The notes beneath the pieces are model-generated. The model was not told the DNA's origin and ran no database searches. It was given only the letters and a program-made list of their open reading frames with translations. This document shows, piece by piece, positions 48,275 to 56,877 of a DNA stretch of 64,000 nucleotides (the stretch's first letter is position 1; each line of letters begins with the position of its first letter). The position numbers were made by a program, and so were the translations under genes. Source of the DNA: an uncultured Candidatus Micrarchaeota archaeon (GTDB lineage: Archaea; Micrarchaeota; Micrarchaeia; Anstonellales; Bilamarchaeaceae); contig CAIKOA010000006.1 in the NCBI GenBank assembly GCA_903828955.1, forward strand, positions 441 through 64,440, read 5' to 3'.

Positions 48275-49303
48275 TTACTGCTTGTTCAGGAAAGAAGCGA
48301 AGTCCCTCCTCTTCCTTCCCTTCCAGTTTCCCTTGTGGTAGGCGTAAGAAGCCATTATGGGCATCCCGATCGTCGCTTCGCAGTAAACCATCTGCTCATT
48401 CCCCTGGTCTACCTTTCCCCAGGAGTTCGCCTCTTTCAATGTGGAGCCTGAAAGCGCGCCATCACGTTCATCCGCAACCGTAAGCTGGATTGCATACTTG
48501 TGCATAGGAGCTTCTTTTCCAAGAATATCCGTAGCGACTACCGTATCCTGCGTAAAGTTCTTCGGAACCCCGCCTCCAATCATTAAAATTCCGGTTTCCT
48601 TCGCCTCCAATTTAACTTTGGTAAGCTCAAGGAAATCCTTCGCCGAATCAAGCGAAACATGCTTCTTCGGGTTGTGCCACTGGTGGTAAAGCAATCCAAA
48701 GCCCGCAGAGCAGTCCGAGAACGCAGGCACGAATATGGGCACTCCGTGCTTGTATGCGGAATAAACCACCGAAGTGCGCTTAGGCCCGCCGTTCTTCTCA
48801 AGGTACTTTCCCATCTCAAAAATAAATTCCCTTGAAGAATAGGGTTTAGGCTCAAGCGAATCCGCAATCTTCGCAGTCGTCATGTCGCAGATTCGGAGCT
48901 CGTCTTCGTCTATATAAGTATCATAAATCCTGTCTATGTGCTTCACGCGCAGATCATTGTCATCAACCATCGGAGTCCCCTTGTAGTGCTTGAATCCAAG
49001 GGCCTCAAAGAAGTCCTGGTCAACCATTATTGCGCCAGTGGAAACAATCGCATCCACCATATTGTTCTCAACCATGTCCACTACAACGTCCTTCAACCCG
49101 GCGGAAAATAGCGAGCCCGCAAGGCAAAGGATTACCGAGCAATCTTTATCCGCAAGCATCTGGTCGTAGATTTTTGCGGCGCGCGCCAGATTCCGTGCCT
49201 GGAACGCCATATTGGAGAAATCCTCAACCATCGCAACCGTATTGTATTTCTTTATGTCAATGTGCTTTATTTCCTTGCTCAAATATTCTTTTTTAGAATT
49301 CAT
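48275..49303 (-). CDS. dys: Deoxyhypusine synthase
   Basis: IVSTGA, DRIYD, GGGVPKNF, DGALSG...EANSWGK with the catalytic Lys. Confidence 0.9.
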   Translation of the reverse strand: MNSKKEYLSKEIKHIDIKKYNTVAMVEDFSNMAFQARNLARAAKIYDQMLADKDCSVILCLAGSLFSAGLKDVVVDMVENNMVDAIVSTGAIMVDQDFFEALGFKHYKGTPMVDDNDLRVKHIDRIYDTYIDEDELRICDMTTAKIADSLEPKPYSSREFIFEMGKYLEKNGGPKRTSVVYSAYKHGVPIFVPAFSDCSAGFGLLYHQWHNPKKHVSLDSAKDFLELTKVKLEAKETGILMIGGGVPKNFTQDTVVATDILGKEAPMHKYAIQLTVADERDGALSGSTLKEANSWGKVDQGNEQMVYCEATIGMPIMASYAYHKGNWKGRKRRDFASFLNKQ

Positions 49304-49357
49304 AGGGATAAAGATATTTCGAAGTCTTTTTATGTTTTGTTTTTCTTAAGTTCCCTT

Positions 49358-49867
49358 ATGAAGGCAATTTTTGCCCTTTTCGGGCTTTTCCTGATATTTG
49401 CGGGGATTTCCTTTGCAGAGGACAACGTCACAAACTATACGCACTACTGCTTTCGCACCTGCTGCCTGGATGCGGATGCGATCTACAGCGAAGGGCCCCC
49501 CCAGAAATGCACAAACCCCGGGCCGGATTTCGAACAAAGCCAGCAAAGGTGCATGGAAAGATGCATGCACGATTTAGGCTTCTATTACAATGGAAGCGAT
49601 TACATCCCCCCAGGCATCTCCAGCCCGCCTCCTGAAGAAAATGCAAGTGCGCAAGTCCAGCCAAATGAAAGCGCCCTTCCTAAAGAAGAGCCTCTTTTAC
49701 CAGCCAATGTTTCCGCCCCAGAGCCCATCCCTTCCAATTTGAGCAGCGTGCCGCTTCCACAAAAAGGCGATTACCCGGAGAAGGAAAAAACAGGGGGCCT
49801 CTGCACTTTAGGTTTTGCGCTTTTATTTCCACTGTTCTTCCGAAAATATGGCACCAATAATATTTAG
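49358..49867 (+). CDS. Secreted Cys-rich protein with Pro-rich linker and C-terminal hydrophobic tail
   Basis: Likely start MKAIFALFG (signal peptide); CX3CC...C...CX3C; tail GGLCTLGFALLFPLFFRK. Confidence 0.65.
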   Translation: MKAIFALFGLFLIFAGISFAEDNVTNYTHYCFRTCCLDADAIYSEGPPQKCTNPGPDFEQSQQRCMERCMHDLGFYYNGSDYIPPGISSPPPEENASAQVQPNESALPKEEPLLPANVSAPEPIPSNLSSVPLPQKGDYPEKEKTGGLCTLGFALLFPLFFRKYGTNNI

Positions 49868-49887
49868 ATAAATCGCAAGAAGCAGAA

Positions 49888-49952
49888 GGAACCTCTAAGG
49901 GTTTTTGGATACCCGTTTTTGCCGTGAATAATACAGGCAGCCAAAAACGGGA
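49888..49952 (-). repeat. tRNA-trailer hairpin element, copy 1
   Basis: Similar to 55654-55764; abuts the tRNA-Lys 3' fragment. Confidence 0.75.
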
Positions 49953-49987
49953 CGGGCTTGGGGGGATTTGAACCCCCGGCCTCCGGA
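49953..49987 (-). repeat. Detached tRNA-Lys 3' half (positions 39-73), att-like duplicate
   Basis: 34/35 identical to the 3' end of the tRNA-Lys at 50129-50163. Confidence 0.85.
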
Positions 49988-50128
49988 CACCAGGCAAGGG
50001 GGGGCGTCCCCCTCGCCTAGTGGAACCTACTCCCCCTCAACTTCGGATGCCATTCTTCATTCTGTCTAAGCGGCGCATGGTTCTGATGCAACATGCGAAA
50101 TCCAAAAATACAAATTCAGGAATAGAAT

Positions 50129-50203
50129 CGGGCTTGGGGGGATTTGAACCCCCGGCCTACGGATTAAAAGTCCGCCGCTCTGACCAAGCTGAGCTACAAG
50201 CCC
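50129..50203 (-). tRNA. tRNA-Lys(TTT)
   Basis: GGGCTTG/CAAGCCC acceptor, GCGGA-CT-TTT-AA-TCCGT, GTTCAAATC. Confidence 0.93.
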
Positions 50204-50261
50204 GTAAAAAGTGCAGCTATATTAGGATAGCATAAAGGATAAAAAGCACTCTCCTTCCCTT

Positions 50262-51038
50262 TCAGTATTTCTCTATCTCCGCCCCATACTCCTTTGCAAG
50301 CGCCTCAACAATATCTTTCTGCCATCTATTGGTGCCCTTCTTCTCTATCAAAATCCCCTGCGTCTTCTCCGCGCTTTTCTCCATTGCCTGCTTGAAAGTA
50401 TCCATCTTCAGCGTTTCAATATGGTATTTCGGGAGAATGTGCCCGGCAGCCCTCTCTTCGCGCAAGCCCATCTTCGTAAATTCCTGCGAATAGTGCCCGC
50501 CCCCAATGCAGAAGTAAGTTTCAAAGGAAGCATCCGATTCCAGCATCCTCATCACCGCCTCCGCAACGATTTTAGCGGCAGTCAGATTCACCCATTCCTT
50601 TTCAGAGCTCCCGATTTCCACATACATTATGGGTGCGGAGCAGGTCGGCCCGTGGTGGTCCACCTCCATGTTCACGTTCCAGCCAAGCCCATATTTCCTG
50701 TTCCCATCATCCAGCCCAAGGAGAACCTCCTTCATTTTGGAAGCCCAGACCGTATTCAGGGTGCGCGGAACCCCGCCTAATTCCGCCTTATCCCAGTTCC
50801 CGGGCACATGCACCGTTAAAGTAGGATATTCCTTCTCGCTCCTGTGCGTAGAGAGCACAACGATGCAATCCGTTTCAAATTCATAGGGGATTTCCAGCAT
50901 TCCATTTACTTTTGTATCCAGAAGAAGGTGCTTCCCGTACTTCCACCCCTCCCCAGTATCTTCGGAGAACCAGTTCTCAATGAGCACCTGCGCCGGATTT
51001 CCGCTTGCAGGCACTTTTGAGCTGAAAAGCAAGTGCAT
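50262..51038 (-). CDS. dtdA: D-aminoacyl-tRNA deacylase (archaeal DtdA/GEK1)
   Basis: STHRSE..PTLTVHVPGN, EVDHHGPT, VEIGS, GGGHY, GHILPKY. Confidence 0.9.
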   Translation of the reverse strand: MHLLFSSKVPASGNPAQVLIENWFSEDTGEGWKYGKHLLLDTKVNGMLEIPYEFETDCIVVLSTHRSEKEYPTLTVHVPGNWDKAELGGVPRTLNTVWASKMKEVLLGLDDGNRKYGLGWNVNMEVDHHGPTCSAPIMYVEIGSSEKEWVNLTAAKIVAEAVMRMLESDASFETYFCIGGGHYSQEFTKMGLREERAAGHILPKYHIETLKMDTFKQAMEKSAEKTQGILIEKKGTNRWQKDIVEALAKEYGAEIEKY

Positions 51039-51140
51039 ATGTTAAAACCCGCCAAAACAATTATAATAACGTTAGCGCCCATCTATATTTATATGATGGG
51101 GAAGTTCGCAGCATATTTCTACTTCAGGGGTGGCTTCTAG

Positions 51141-51434
51141 ATGGACGACCGCCCGGATTACGTAATCCTCGCCCCATGCACTACCGCGCGCACAATGGAG
51201 ATGCGCACAAAGAACAAAATCAGCCTTTCAAAATCCGAAGCCGAGCTTGCAAAGGATCATGAAGTTCTTGCAAGGACCCCGGTATTCCTCTCCTTTTTGC
51301 ACGGAGGGAAGCAATTCTCCCTCTTTGAAAGCGGAAAAATCGTAATCAAGGACTCTGATGCAAAGGAAGGGAAACCCCTTCTGGTTGAGGTTTTCGAATT
51401 GCTTAAAGGGAGGGGATGCTTTGCTGAAGGTTGA
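51141..51434 (+). CDS. Small hypothetical protein
   Basis: 97-aa ORF (PC...SLFESGKIVIK) with RBS upstream, coupled to the PHP gene. Confidence 0.55.
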   Translation: MDDRPDYVILAPCTTARTMEMRTKNKISLSKSEAELAKDHEVLARTPVFLSFLHGGKQFSLFESGKIVIKDSDAKEGKPLLVEVFELLKGRGCFAEG

Positions 51435-52074
51435 TTTCCACGTGCATACCACCTATTCAGGAGATGCGCTCATCCCCGCAAAATCCCTGATAAAAATGGC
51501 AAAACTCCATTTCATTGTCCCCGCAATCACCGACCACTGGTCAATGGGCGCGATCCCCGAATTCGAACGCGCAAAAATCCCATTCATCCCGGGCGAAGAA
51601 CTCCGCGTTGTTCTCCCGGACGGAAGGTTTTCAGATTTAATTGGCTATTTCCTTACAGAAGAAATCCCGAAAGGAATTCCTTTCGAGGAAGGTTTAGACC
51701 TGATAAAAGAGCAGGGGGGGATTTCCTGCGCCCCGCACCCCTTCGATGTGATGCGCGACGGAATGGGGAATCCGAAATTTCTCAAAAAGGTCCAACTGAT
51801 CGAAGTTTTCAATGCGCATGCGCTTCCCCGTTTTGACAATCAGGCAGAGGAGTTTGCAAACAAGGAAAAAAAGCTGAAAACCGCAGGGAGCGATGCGCAC
51901 TTCCTCCATGAATTCGGCCCCACTTACGTGGAATTAGACCTCACCCCGGACGAATTGGAGCCCAAAGCGGTCCTGAAAGCCCTCAAGAATGGAAAAATAG
52001 TCGGAAAAAGAAGCTCAAAAATACGCAGAGCAGTGCACCGGATCGGTTCCGCTTTCCTAAAACCATTCATCTGA
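51421..52074 (+). CDS. PHP-domain phosphoesterase
   Basis: KVDFHVHT..SGD, AITDH, GEE, PHP, EVFN, GSDAH; TTG start after GGAGG. Confidence 0.85.
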   Translation: MLKVDFHVHTTYSGDALIPAKSLIKMAKLHFIVPAITDHWSMGAIPEFERAKIPFIPGEELRVVLPDGRFSDLIGYFLTEEIPKGIPFEEGLDLIKEQGGISCAPHPFDVMRDGMGNPKFLKKVQLIEVFNAHALPRFDNQAEEFANKEKKLKTAGSDAHFLHEFGPTYVELDLTPDELEPKAVLKALKNGKIVGKRSSKIRRAVHRIGSAFLKPFI

Positions 52075-52085
52075 ACAAGCGAAAT

Positions 52086-53132
52086 TCAGAACCACTTGTC
52101 CAGCGTTCTCTGGGTGGAGTGCTCCTTAATCACCCCTTCCATCTCAGTGAGTATCTTCTCCACTCTTTCATGGGAGAAATCGTGCTCATCCACAAGCAAT
52201 TTTATCACGGAAGCAGAGTCCATCGTCCCCCATTGCAGTTTTCCCGCTTTCTCCGTAGGCGGGTTCAGGAAGAACCTGAACACCTCTTCCGCATTCTCAG
52301 GAAATTCCTCCCCGTATTTTCCCTTTACGAATTCCGAAACCTTCTCAAGGGTTTTGTGTTCCTTCACAATTTTCAATCCGGTTTTCGGCCCAACTCCTCG
52401 AATCCCATCGTTGAAGTCCGTTCCGCAGAGCATTCCAACAACTATTAGTTCTTCCCTGCTCACTCCAAGTGCAGAAAGCGTTTCCTCCAGTTCAATTCTT
52501 TCCGGCTCCACCGTTATGTATCTATTCTGCCGGGGCACCTTCCTTTTTCCAGTAATTGATAAGTTCCTAAGAAGCACTGGAGACCCAAAAAGAAGCGAAT
52601 CGTAATCCTGCGACGCGGACGCATAGCAAAGCCCTTCCCGGACTAAAAAAGCCGCTTCCGCCTCCCCTTCGCTTGGGGCCTGAACCCATGGAATTCCCAT
52701 CCCGGAAAGAAGCCGTTTACTCTCCTCAACCATTTCCGAAGTTAATCTGGAGGTCGCCTGCGCATACACCTTCGCATCCTCCATCCTTTCCTCTGCGACC
52801 GCCTTCTCCCATTTCAATTCAGCATCCTTCTTCACATCCATTCTTGCCTGGATGGTTTTTTCCTTAAGTTTAGGCGGCTTCCCATCAAATACGTAAACCG
52901 GCTTCAAACCGGTGGAAGAAAGCTTTGCAGTCCTATAAAATAACCCGGATAAATGCCCGGTGACCCTTCCCTTAAAATCTTTCAAAGGCGTTCCGTCCTC
53001 CTGCCGTATAGAAGCAAGAAACTGGTAAAGCATATTCATTGCATCAATCGCAATCGGCTTTCCCGAAAGCTCCTCAATCGAAAGTTTATGCTTTACCGCA
53101 AGGTCCCCAAGGTCTACTCCCAAACCGCTCAA
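52086..53132 (-). CDS. fen: Flap endonuclease 1
   Basis: YQFLASIRQ.DG, VFDG, APSEGEA, SQDYDSLLFG, GTDFN, C-terminal PIP box QRTLDKWF. True start may be TTG at 53123. Confidence 0.96.
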   Translation of the reverse strand: MSGLGVDLGDLAVKHKLSIEELSGKPIAIDAMNMLYQFLASIRQEDGTPLKDFKGRVTGHLSGLFYRTAKLSSTGLKPVYVFDGKPPKLKEKTIQARMDVKKDAELKWEKAVAEERMEDAKVYAQATSRLTSEMVEESKRLLSGMGIPWVQAPSEGEAEAAFLVREGLCYASASQDYDSLLFGSPVLLRNLSITGKRKVPRQNRYITVEPERIELEETLSALGVSREELIVVGMLCGTDFNDGIRGVGPKTGLKIVKEHKTLEKVSEFVKGKYGEEFPENAEEVFRFFLNPPTEKAGKLQWGTMDSASVIKLLVDEHDFSHERVEKILTEMEGVIKEHSTQRTLDKWF

Positions 53133-53629
53133 CCCTTTTTATCCTTCTTCTTATTCTGCATCTCCAGCATATCCAATAAACTCATGTCGCCCGTTCCTTT
53201 TTTTGCAATGGCAGCACCAATGCCTTCCTCCTCTTTCTCTACGAGCCTTATCCCGAGCGCCTTCTCAATTTTTTTTGCAAGCTCAATGGAAGGCCTCGTC
53301 CCTTCCCTCTCAATCATGTCCAGGTAGTTCGCCTTCTGGCTTATCTGCCGTGCAAAATCCTCAATTTTAAGCCCCTTCCTCTCCCTTGCGGTCTTTATCC
53401 GCATTCCGTAGCCTTCCACAAGGTCTTCCTCTGCCCGGGGCGCCCTTGGAGCATGAGCCCTTATCTCCCGGTGAGCCCCCTTTGCCCCGGAACCCTTTTC
53501 CTCCCCTTCTTCCTCCAGTGCCAGAAGTATCTTTCCGTGGTATGCGCACCCTTTGCACGCAGCCATCCTTGCGCCCTCAACCTGTATTATGAACGAAGCA
53601 TCCTTCTTCCCACAAATATCGCAGTCCAT
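53129..53629 (-). CDS. mbf1: Multiprotein bridging factor aMBF1
   Basis: N-terminal CDICG...VEGA...CKGC Zn ribbon plus Cro-type HTH. Confidence 0.9.
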   Translation of the reverse strand: MDCDICGKKDASFIIQVEGARMAACKGCAYHGKILLALEEEGEEKGSGAKGAHREIRAHAPRAPRAEEDLVEGYGMRIKTARERKGLKIEDFARQISQKANYLDMIEREGTRPSIELAKKIEKALGIRLVEKEEEGIGAAIAKKGTGDMSLLDMLEMQNKKKDKKG

Positions 53630-53684
53630 GATGGAAGAATTCCAGCAATCTATTTTTATATTATTAGTGTAAATCTCCCCCCAT

Positions 53685-55052
53685 ATGGGTGACCTTAGGA
53701 AGCCTCTTGCGCTTTTAGGGCTCGTGCTGCTCGTCTTTGCGGCAATCTACTTGCTGATAGGCGCAAATATGTCTGCCCCGGCCAAATTCCTTGCCGCCTT
53801 GGCAATTCTCGCAATTTCCGCAGAAGGGGTCTCCCGCCTCACCGGCCTGCGTTCCGAATGGGGGATAATCCTCCTCCGCACGAAAAAGGGAATGCAAATC
53901 ATAAAGGACGTTGCAAAACACGAAGAGCTCTGGAAACTCTTTGCGGATATTGGAATCGGCCTCTCATTCGGATTGCTCGGCTTCTTTGCAATAAAAAGAA
54001 GCGTTCTCGGAAGAATAGGGGTCCTCATCGTTTCTTCGGTTCTCCTCACAATCCTGCTCGCAGTGGTATTCCCGTTCGTGCTCCCATTCCTTTCAATTTC
54101 CTTTGGAATCGCGGTAGGCAATGCAGGAAACGGCTCCGCAGGCACCGCAATGCACGTGATGGATGGCTGGATTCTCGTCGGATTGATCTACCTGGGAGGA
54201 ATTACTACGATGGTAACCATGTCCCTGGTAATTTATGCAGGCACAATTCTCTTTGCATTCGTAAATGCGGTTTTCCTTGGAAACGGGGTGGTTTCCAATA
54301 CTTCCCCGGGAGTGACCCTTCTTCTCCCAGGAATAAACCTTCCGCTAGTGGAAGGAATAATCGCCCTCTTCATAATTTTGCTTGTGCATGAAGGCTCGCA
54401 TGCGATACTTTCCGTAATCGGAAAAGTTCCGCTCATTTCTTCCGGAATTGCGCTTTTTGGAGTAATCCCGGTAGGCGCATTCGTAGAGCCCGATGAGAAG
54501 CGGCTCGCGGCCAAATCCACGGAGGTGCAAACCCGCGTAATCGTCGCAGGCTCCACCGCAAACCTTCTTGCATCCCTCGCCTTCTTCATCCTTCTCCTCG
54601 CCTTCGTATACCTTAGCGGCCCATTCCGCATCCACGGCTGGGAAGTAGTGAGCGGAATGCAGAACGGGACGATAATCACTTCAATAAACGGAATTCCTGT
54701 AGAAACCGGAAACATAACGCTCGAGCCCAATTCCACCGCCCTTGTGCAAACCAATTATGGAGAAATTAAAATGCCCGTAAGCGAGAAAGGCGGCCTCGGC
54801 ATAACCTACATGAGGCTTTCCAGCCTCCCAATGATTCAATATGAGTTCTTCCCCTTCAATTTCATATTCAGGGCGCTTGCGCTCACCTTCTGCCTCAATT
54901 TCATCATCGGTACCGTAAACCTCCTCCCGCTTCCCTTCTTCGACGGGTACAAATTGGTCGAATTGAACGTTCCCTGGAAAATAGTCCCGAAAATAATCAT
55001 GTACGTCTGCGTTCTTGCATTCCTGATGAATCTCCTCCCCTGGCTGTTTTGA
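53685..55052 (+). CDS. Site-2 protease (peptidase M50)
   Basis: HEGSH, GAFVEP, AGS.AN, NLLPLPFFDG; multiple TMs. Confidence 0.9.
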   Translation: MGDLRKPLALLGLVLLVFAAIYLLIGANMSAPAKFLAALAILAISAEGVSRLTGLRSEWGIILLRTKKGMQIIKDVAKHEELWKLFADIGIGLSFGLLGFFAIKRSVLGRIGVLIVSSVLLTILLAVVFPFVLPFLSISFGIAVGNAGNGSAGTAMHVMDGWILVGLIYLGGITTMVTMSLVIYAGTILFAFVNAVFLGNGVVSNTSPGVTLLLPGINLPLVEGIIALFIILLVHEGSHAILSVIGKVPLISSGIALFGVIPVGAFVEPDEKRLAAKSTEVQTRVIVAGSTANLLASLAFFILLLAFVYLSGPFRIHGWEVVSGMQNGTIITSINGIPVETGNITLEPNSTALVQTNYGEIKMPVSEKGGLGITYMRLSSLPMIQYEFFPFNFIFRALALTFCLNFIIGTVNLLPLPFFDGYKLVELNVPWKIVPKIIMYVCVLAFLMNLLPWLF

Positions 55053-55135
55053 AGGGAAAGGCAAGCCACAAAAGAACACTTTGTTTTACATTTATAAATT
55101 CTTCCACCCTTAATTCCTCTTAAAGGTGTGCAATT

Positions 55136-55621
55136 ATGGAAACCCCAACCGAAGGGCTGGATGTGCTAATAAAGAAATTCCTTCAAACAGAAGACGCGAA
55201 GGAGCAGTGTGCAATTGCTGAAAAGATTTTCCTGCTTTCCCCGAAAGATTTCAAGGACATGCAGGCGCTCAACCGCGCCATAAAGGAGTATTGCAAGCGA
55301 TATCCTGAAGTTTCCCGCGCCCTTGAGCAATTTAGTTCAGCATACAGGAGCATACCCCCTTCCCCTGAAGGGGGAGTTACCACTTATTTAAGGAGGGAAG
55401 CGGCCTGCGCCACCCTCAGCGAAACACGCACGAGGTGGTCCCTTGAATTCAGGGAGAGAAAGATCCGCAGCCAGGACAAGGGGAAGCACGAAGACCCCAA
55501 AAGGATAGCTGCCCTCGCCATCGCCAGGATGGAGCGCATGGGAAGGATAAACGCAGGAAACCTGACCGGAAGAAAAAGCCTTTCCTCTTACCCGCCCAGG
55601 CCATTGAAGAGGAAAAACTGA
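55136..55621 (+). CDS. Hypothetical protein (orphan)
   Basis: 161-aa ORF with TTTATAAA TATA-like box near 55091, AGGTG RBS and T-tract after the stop. Confidence 0.6.
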   Translation: METPTEGLDVLIKKFLQTEDAKEQCAIAEKIFLLSPKDFKDMQALNRAIKEYCKRYPEVSRALEQFSSAYRSIPPSPEGGVTTYLRREAACATLSETRTRWSLEFRERKIRSQDKGKHEDPKRIAALAIARMERMGRINAGNLTGRKSLSSYPPRPLKRKN

Positions 55622-55653
55622 GTATTTTCTTTTTTCTAGATAATTAGTTGGCC

Positions 55654-55764
55654 GGAACCCCTAAGGCCTTTTTGGATATCTGATTCGCCGGAAGGGCGAA
55701 TGCCCGTCAACTTCGTTGTCGGCCCGTTTTTGGCGTAAGTAATGCAAGTGGTCAAAAAAGGGAA
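55654..55764 (-). repeat. tRNA-trailer hairpin element, copy 2 (with 44-bp insert)
   Basis: Similar to 49888-49952; abuts the tRNA-Val 3' end. Confidence 0.75.
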
Positions 55765-55837
55765 TGGACCTGCCCGGGATCGAACCGGGGATCTCTACCA
55801 TGTCAAGGTAGCGTCTTAACCGCTGGACTACAGGTCC
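55765..55837 (-). tRNA. tRNA-Val(GAC)
   Basis: GGACCTG/CAGGTCC acceptor, CTACC-TT-GAC-AT-GGTAG, GGTTCGATCC. Confidence 0.92.
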
Positions 55838-55902
55838 TGGATAAAGAGTATTCCTTTTTGTGGTCCATAACCTTTTTAATTCTCCTCTCCGTTTAGCTGC
55901 CC

Positions 55903-56877
55903 ATGGCGCCAGGCGACAGGCAGCCTTCCTCAGCAATCATCCAGAGGGAAATTCCATCGCTCGATGGAAAGGCCCCCAATGCAATGGATGAAGGCCCCGC
56001 AGGAATCGCAAAGCGGCAATCCAGGCTCGAAGCAACCCAGCTTGAGCTCCGCGGCCTGTTCCCTTCAATAAAAAAGAACACGATGTTCAATCCCGCCACC
56101 GGAGGGGACGAAGCAAAGTTCCTATTCAAACTGGTGGGCTCCTTCTGCTCCTCAAGAACGGTCCTTTTCGGGGACAGCGAAGTCACAATCCTTTCAGGGG
56201 AGCAATCCATCTACATCGAGCCGCCCAGCACCATCACTAGGGAAGGCAGGCTCCGCCCGCTCTACGTAAAGGATTTCATTTATGGGGAAATCTCCCCGAA
56301 AACAATGGCGCAGGACCAGAGGGTTTCCCCGGAAATACATGATGACTACGTAATTGAATTTTCAGAAGAAGGAAAGCGCCCAAAATTCCTTTTCCCGGCA
56401 GAGCCTAACATAATCAACACCCTCCAGAGGGTGAGCACCCCTCCTGCACCGAATGTAATAGAAACAAATCCTGCAGAAGCAACCTCACTTGACCTTTCCG
56501 CATTGGGGGTTTACCTTCCAAGAGACCCAGAAGAAGCAAGGGCAATCCTCCTGAGAGGGGTCCCCTTTCCTGAAAGCCACCTTGACCTGATAAAAATACA
56601 CGATACGCTCGAAACCTCGACCCAGGTGCTCTTTTCCGGAGACGAGAAGAAAACAAACGTTCCATTCTCAATTCTCCAGGTTTCCGGAGGCCTGAAGTAC
56701 TATCTATACCCCTATGGAATAAGCCCGCCAATGGGCGGAATCCCGCAGGGCTGCGCGCTTTTAGTTTTCCAGAGGAGCGAGGAGCAGAAAGTCCATTACC
56801 TTCTAATTCCTGAACTCAGGATTCCTGCATTAATCTCAAGGGGCCTACCGCCTCAACAAAATGAAGGCAGGATTTGA
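55903..56877 (+). CDS. Hypothetical protein (orphan)
   Basis: 324-aa ORF filling the gap between tRNA-Val and the GT2 gene. Confidence 0.55.
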   Translation: MAPGDRQPSSAIIQREIPSLDGKAPNAMDEGPAGIAKRQSRLEATQLELRGLFPSIKKNTMFNPATGGDEAKFLFKLVGSFCSSRTVLFGDSEVTILSGEQSIYIEPPSTITREGRLRPLYVKDFIYGEISPKTMAQDQRVSPEIHDDYVIEFSEEGKRPKFLFPAEPNIINTLQRVSTPPAPNVIETNPAEATSLDLSALGVYLPRDPEEARAILLRGVPFPESHLDLIKIHDTLETSTQVLFSGDEKKTNVPFSILQVSGGLKYYLYPYGISPPMGGIPQGCALLVFQRSEEQKVHYLLIPELRIPALISRGLPPQQNEGRI

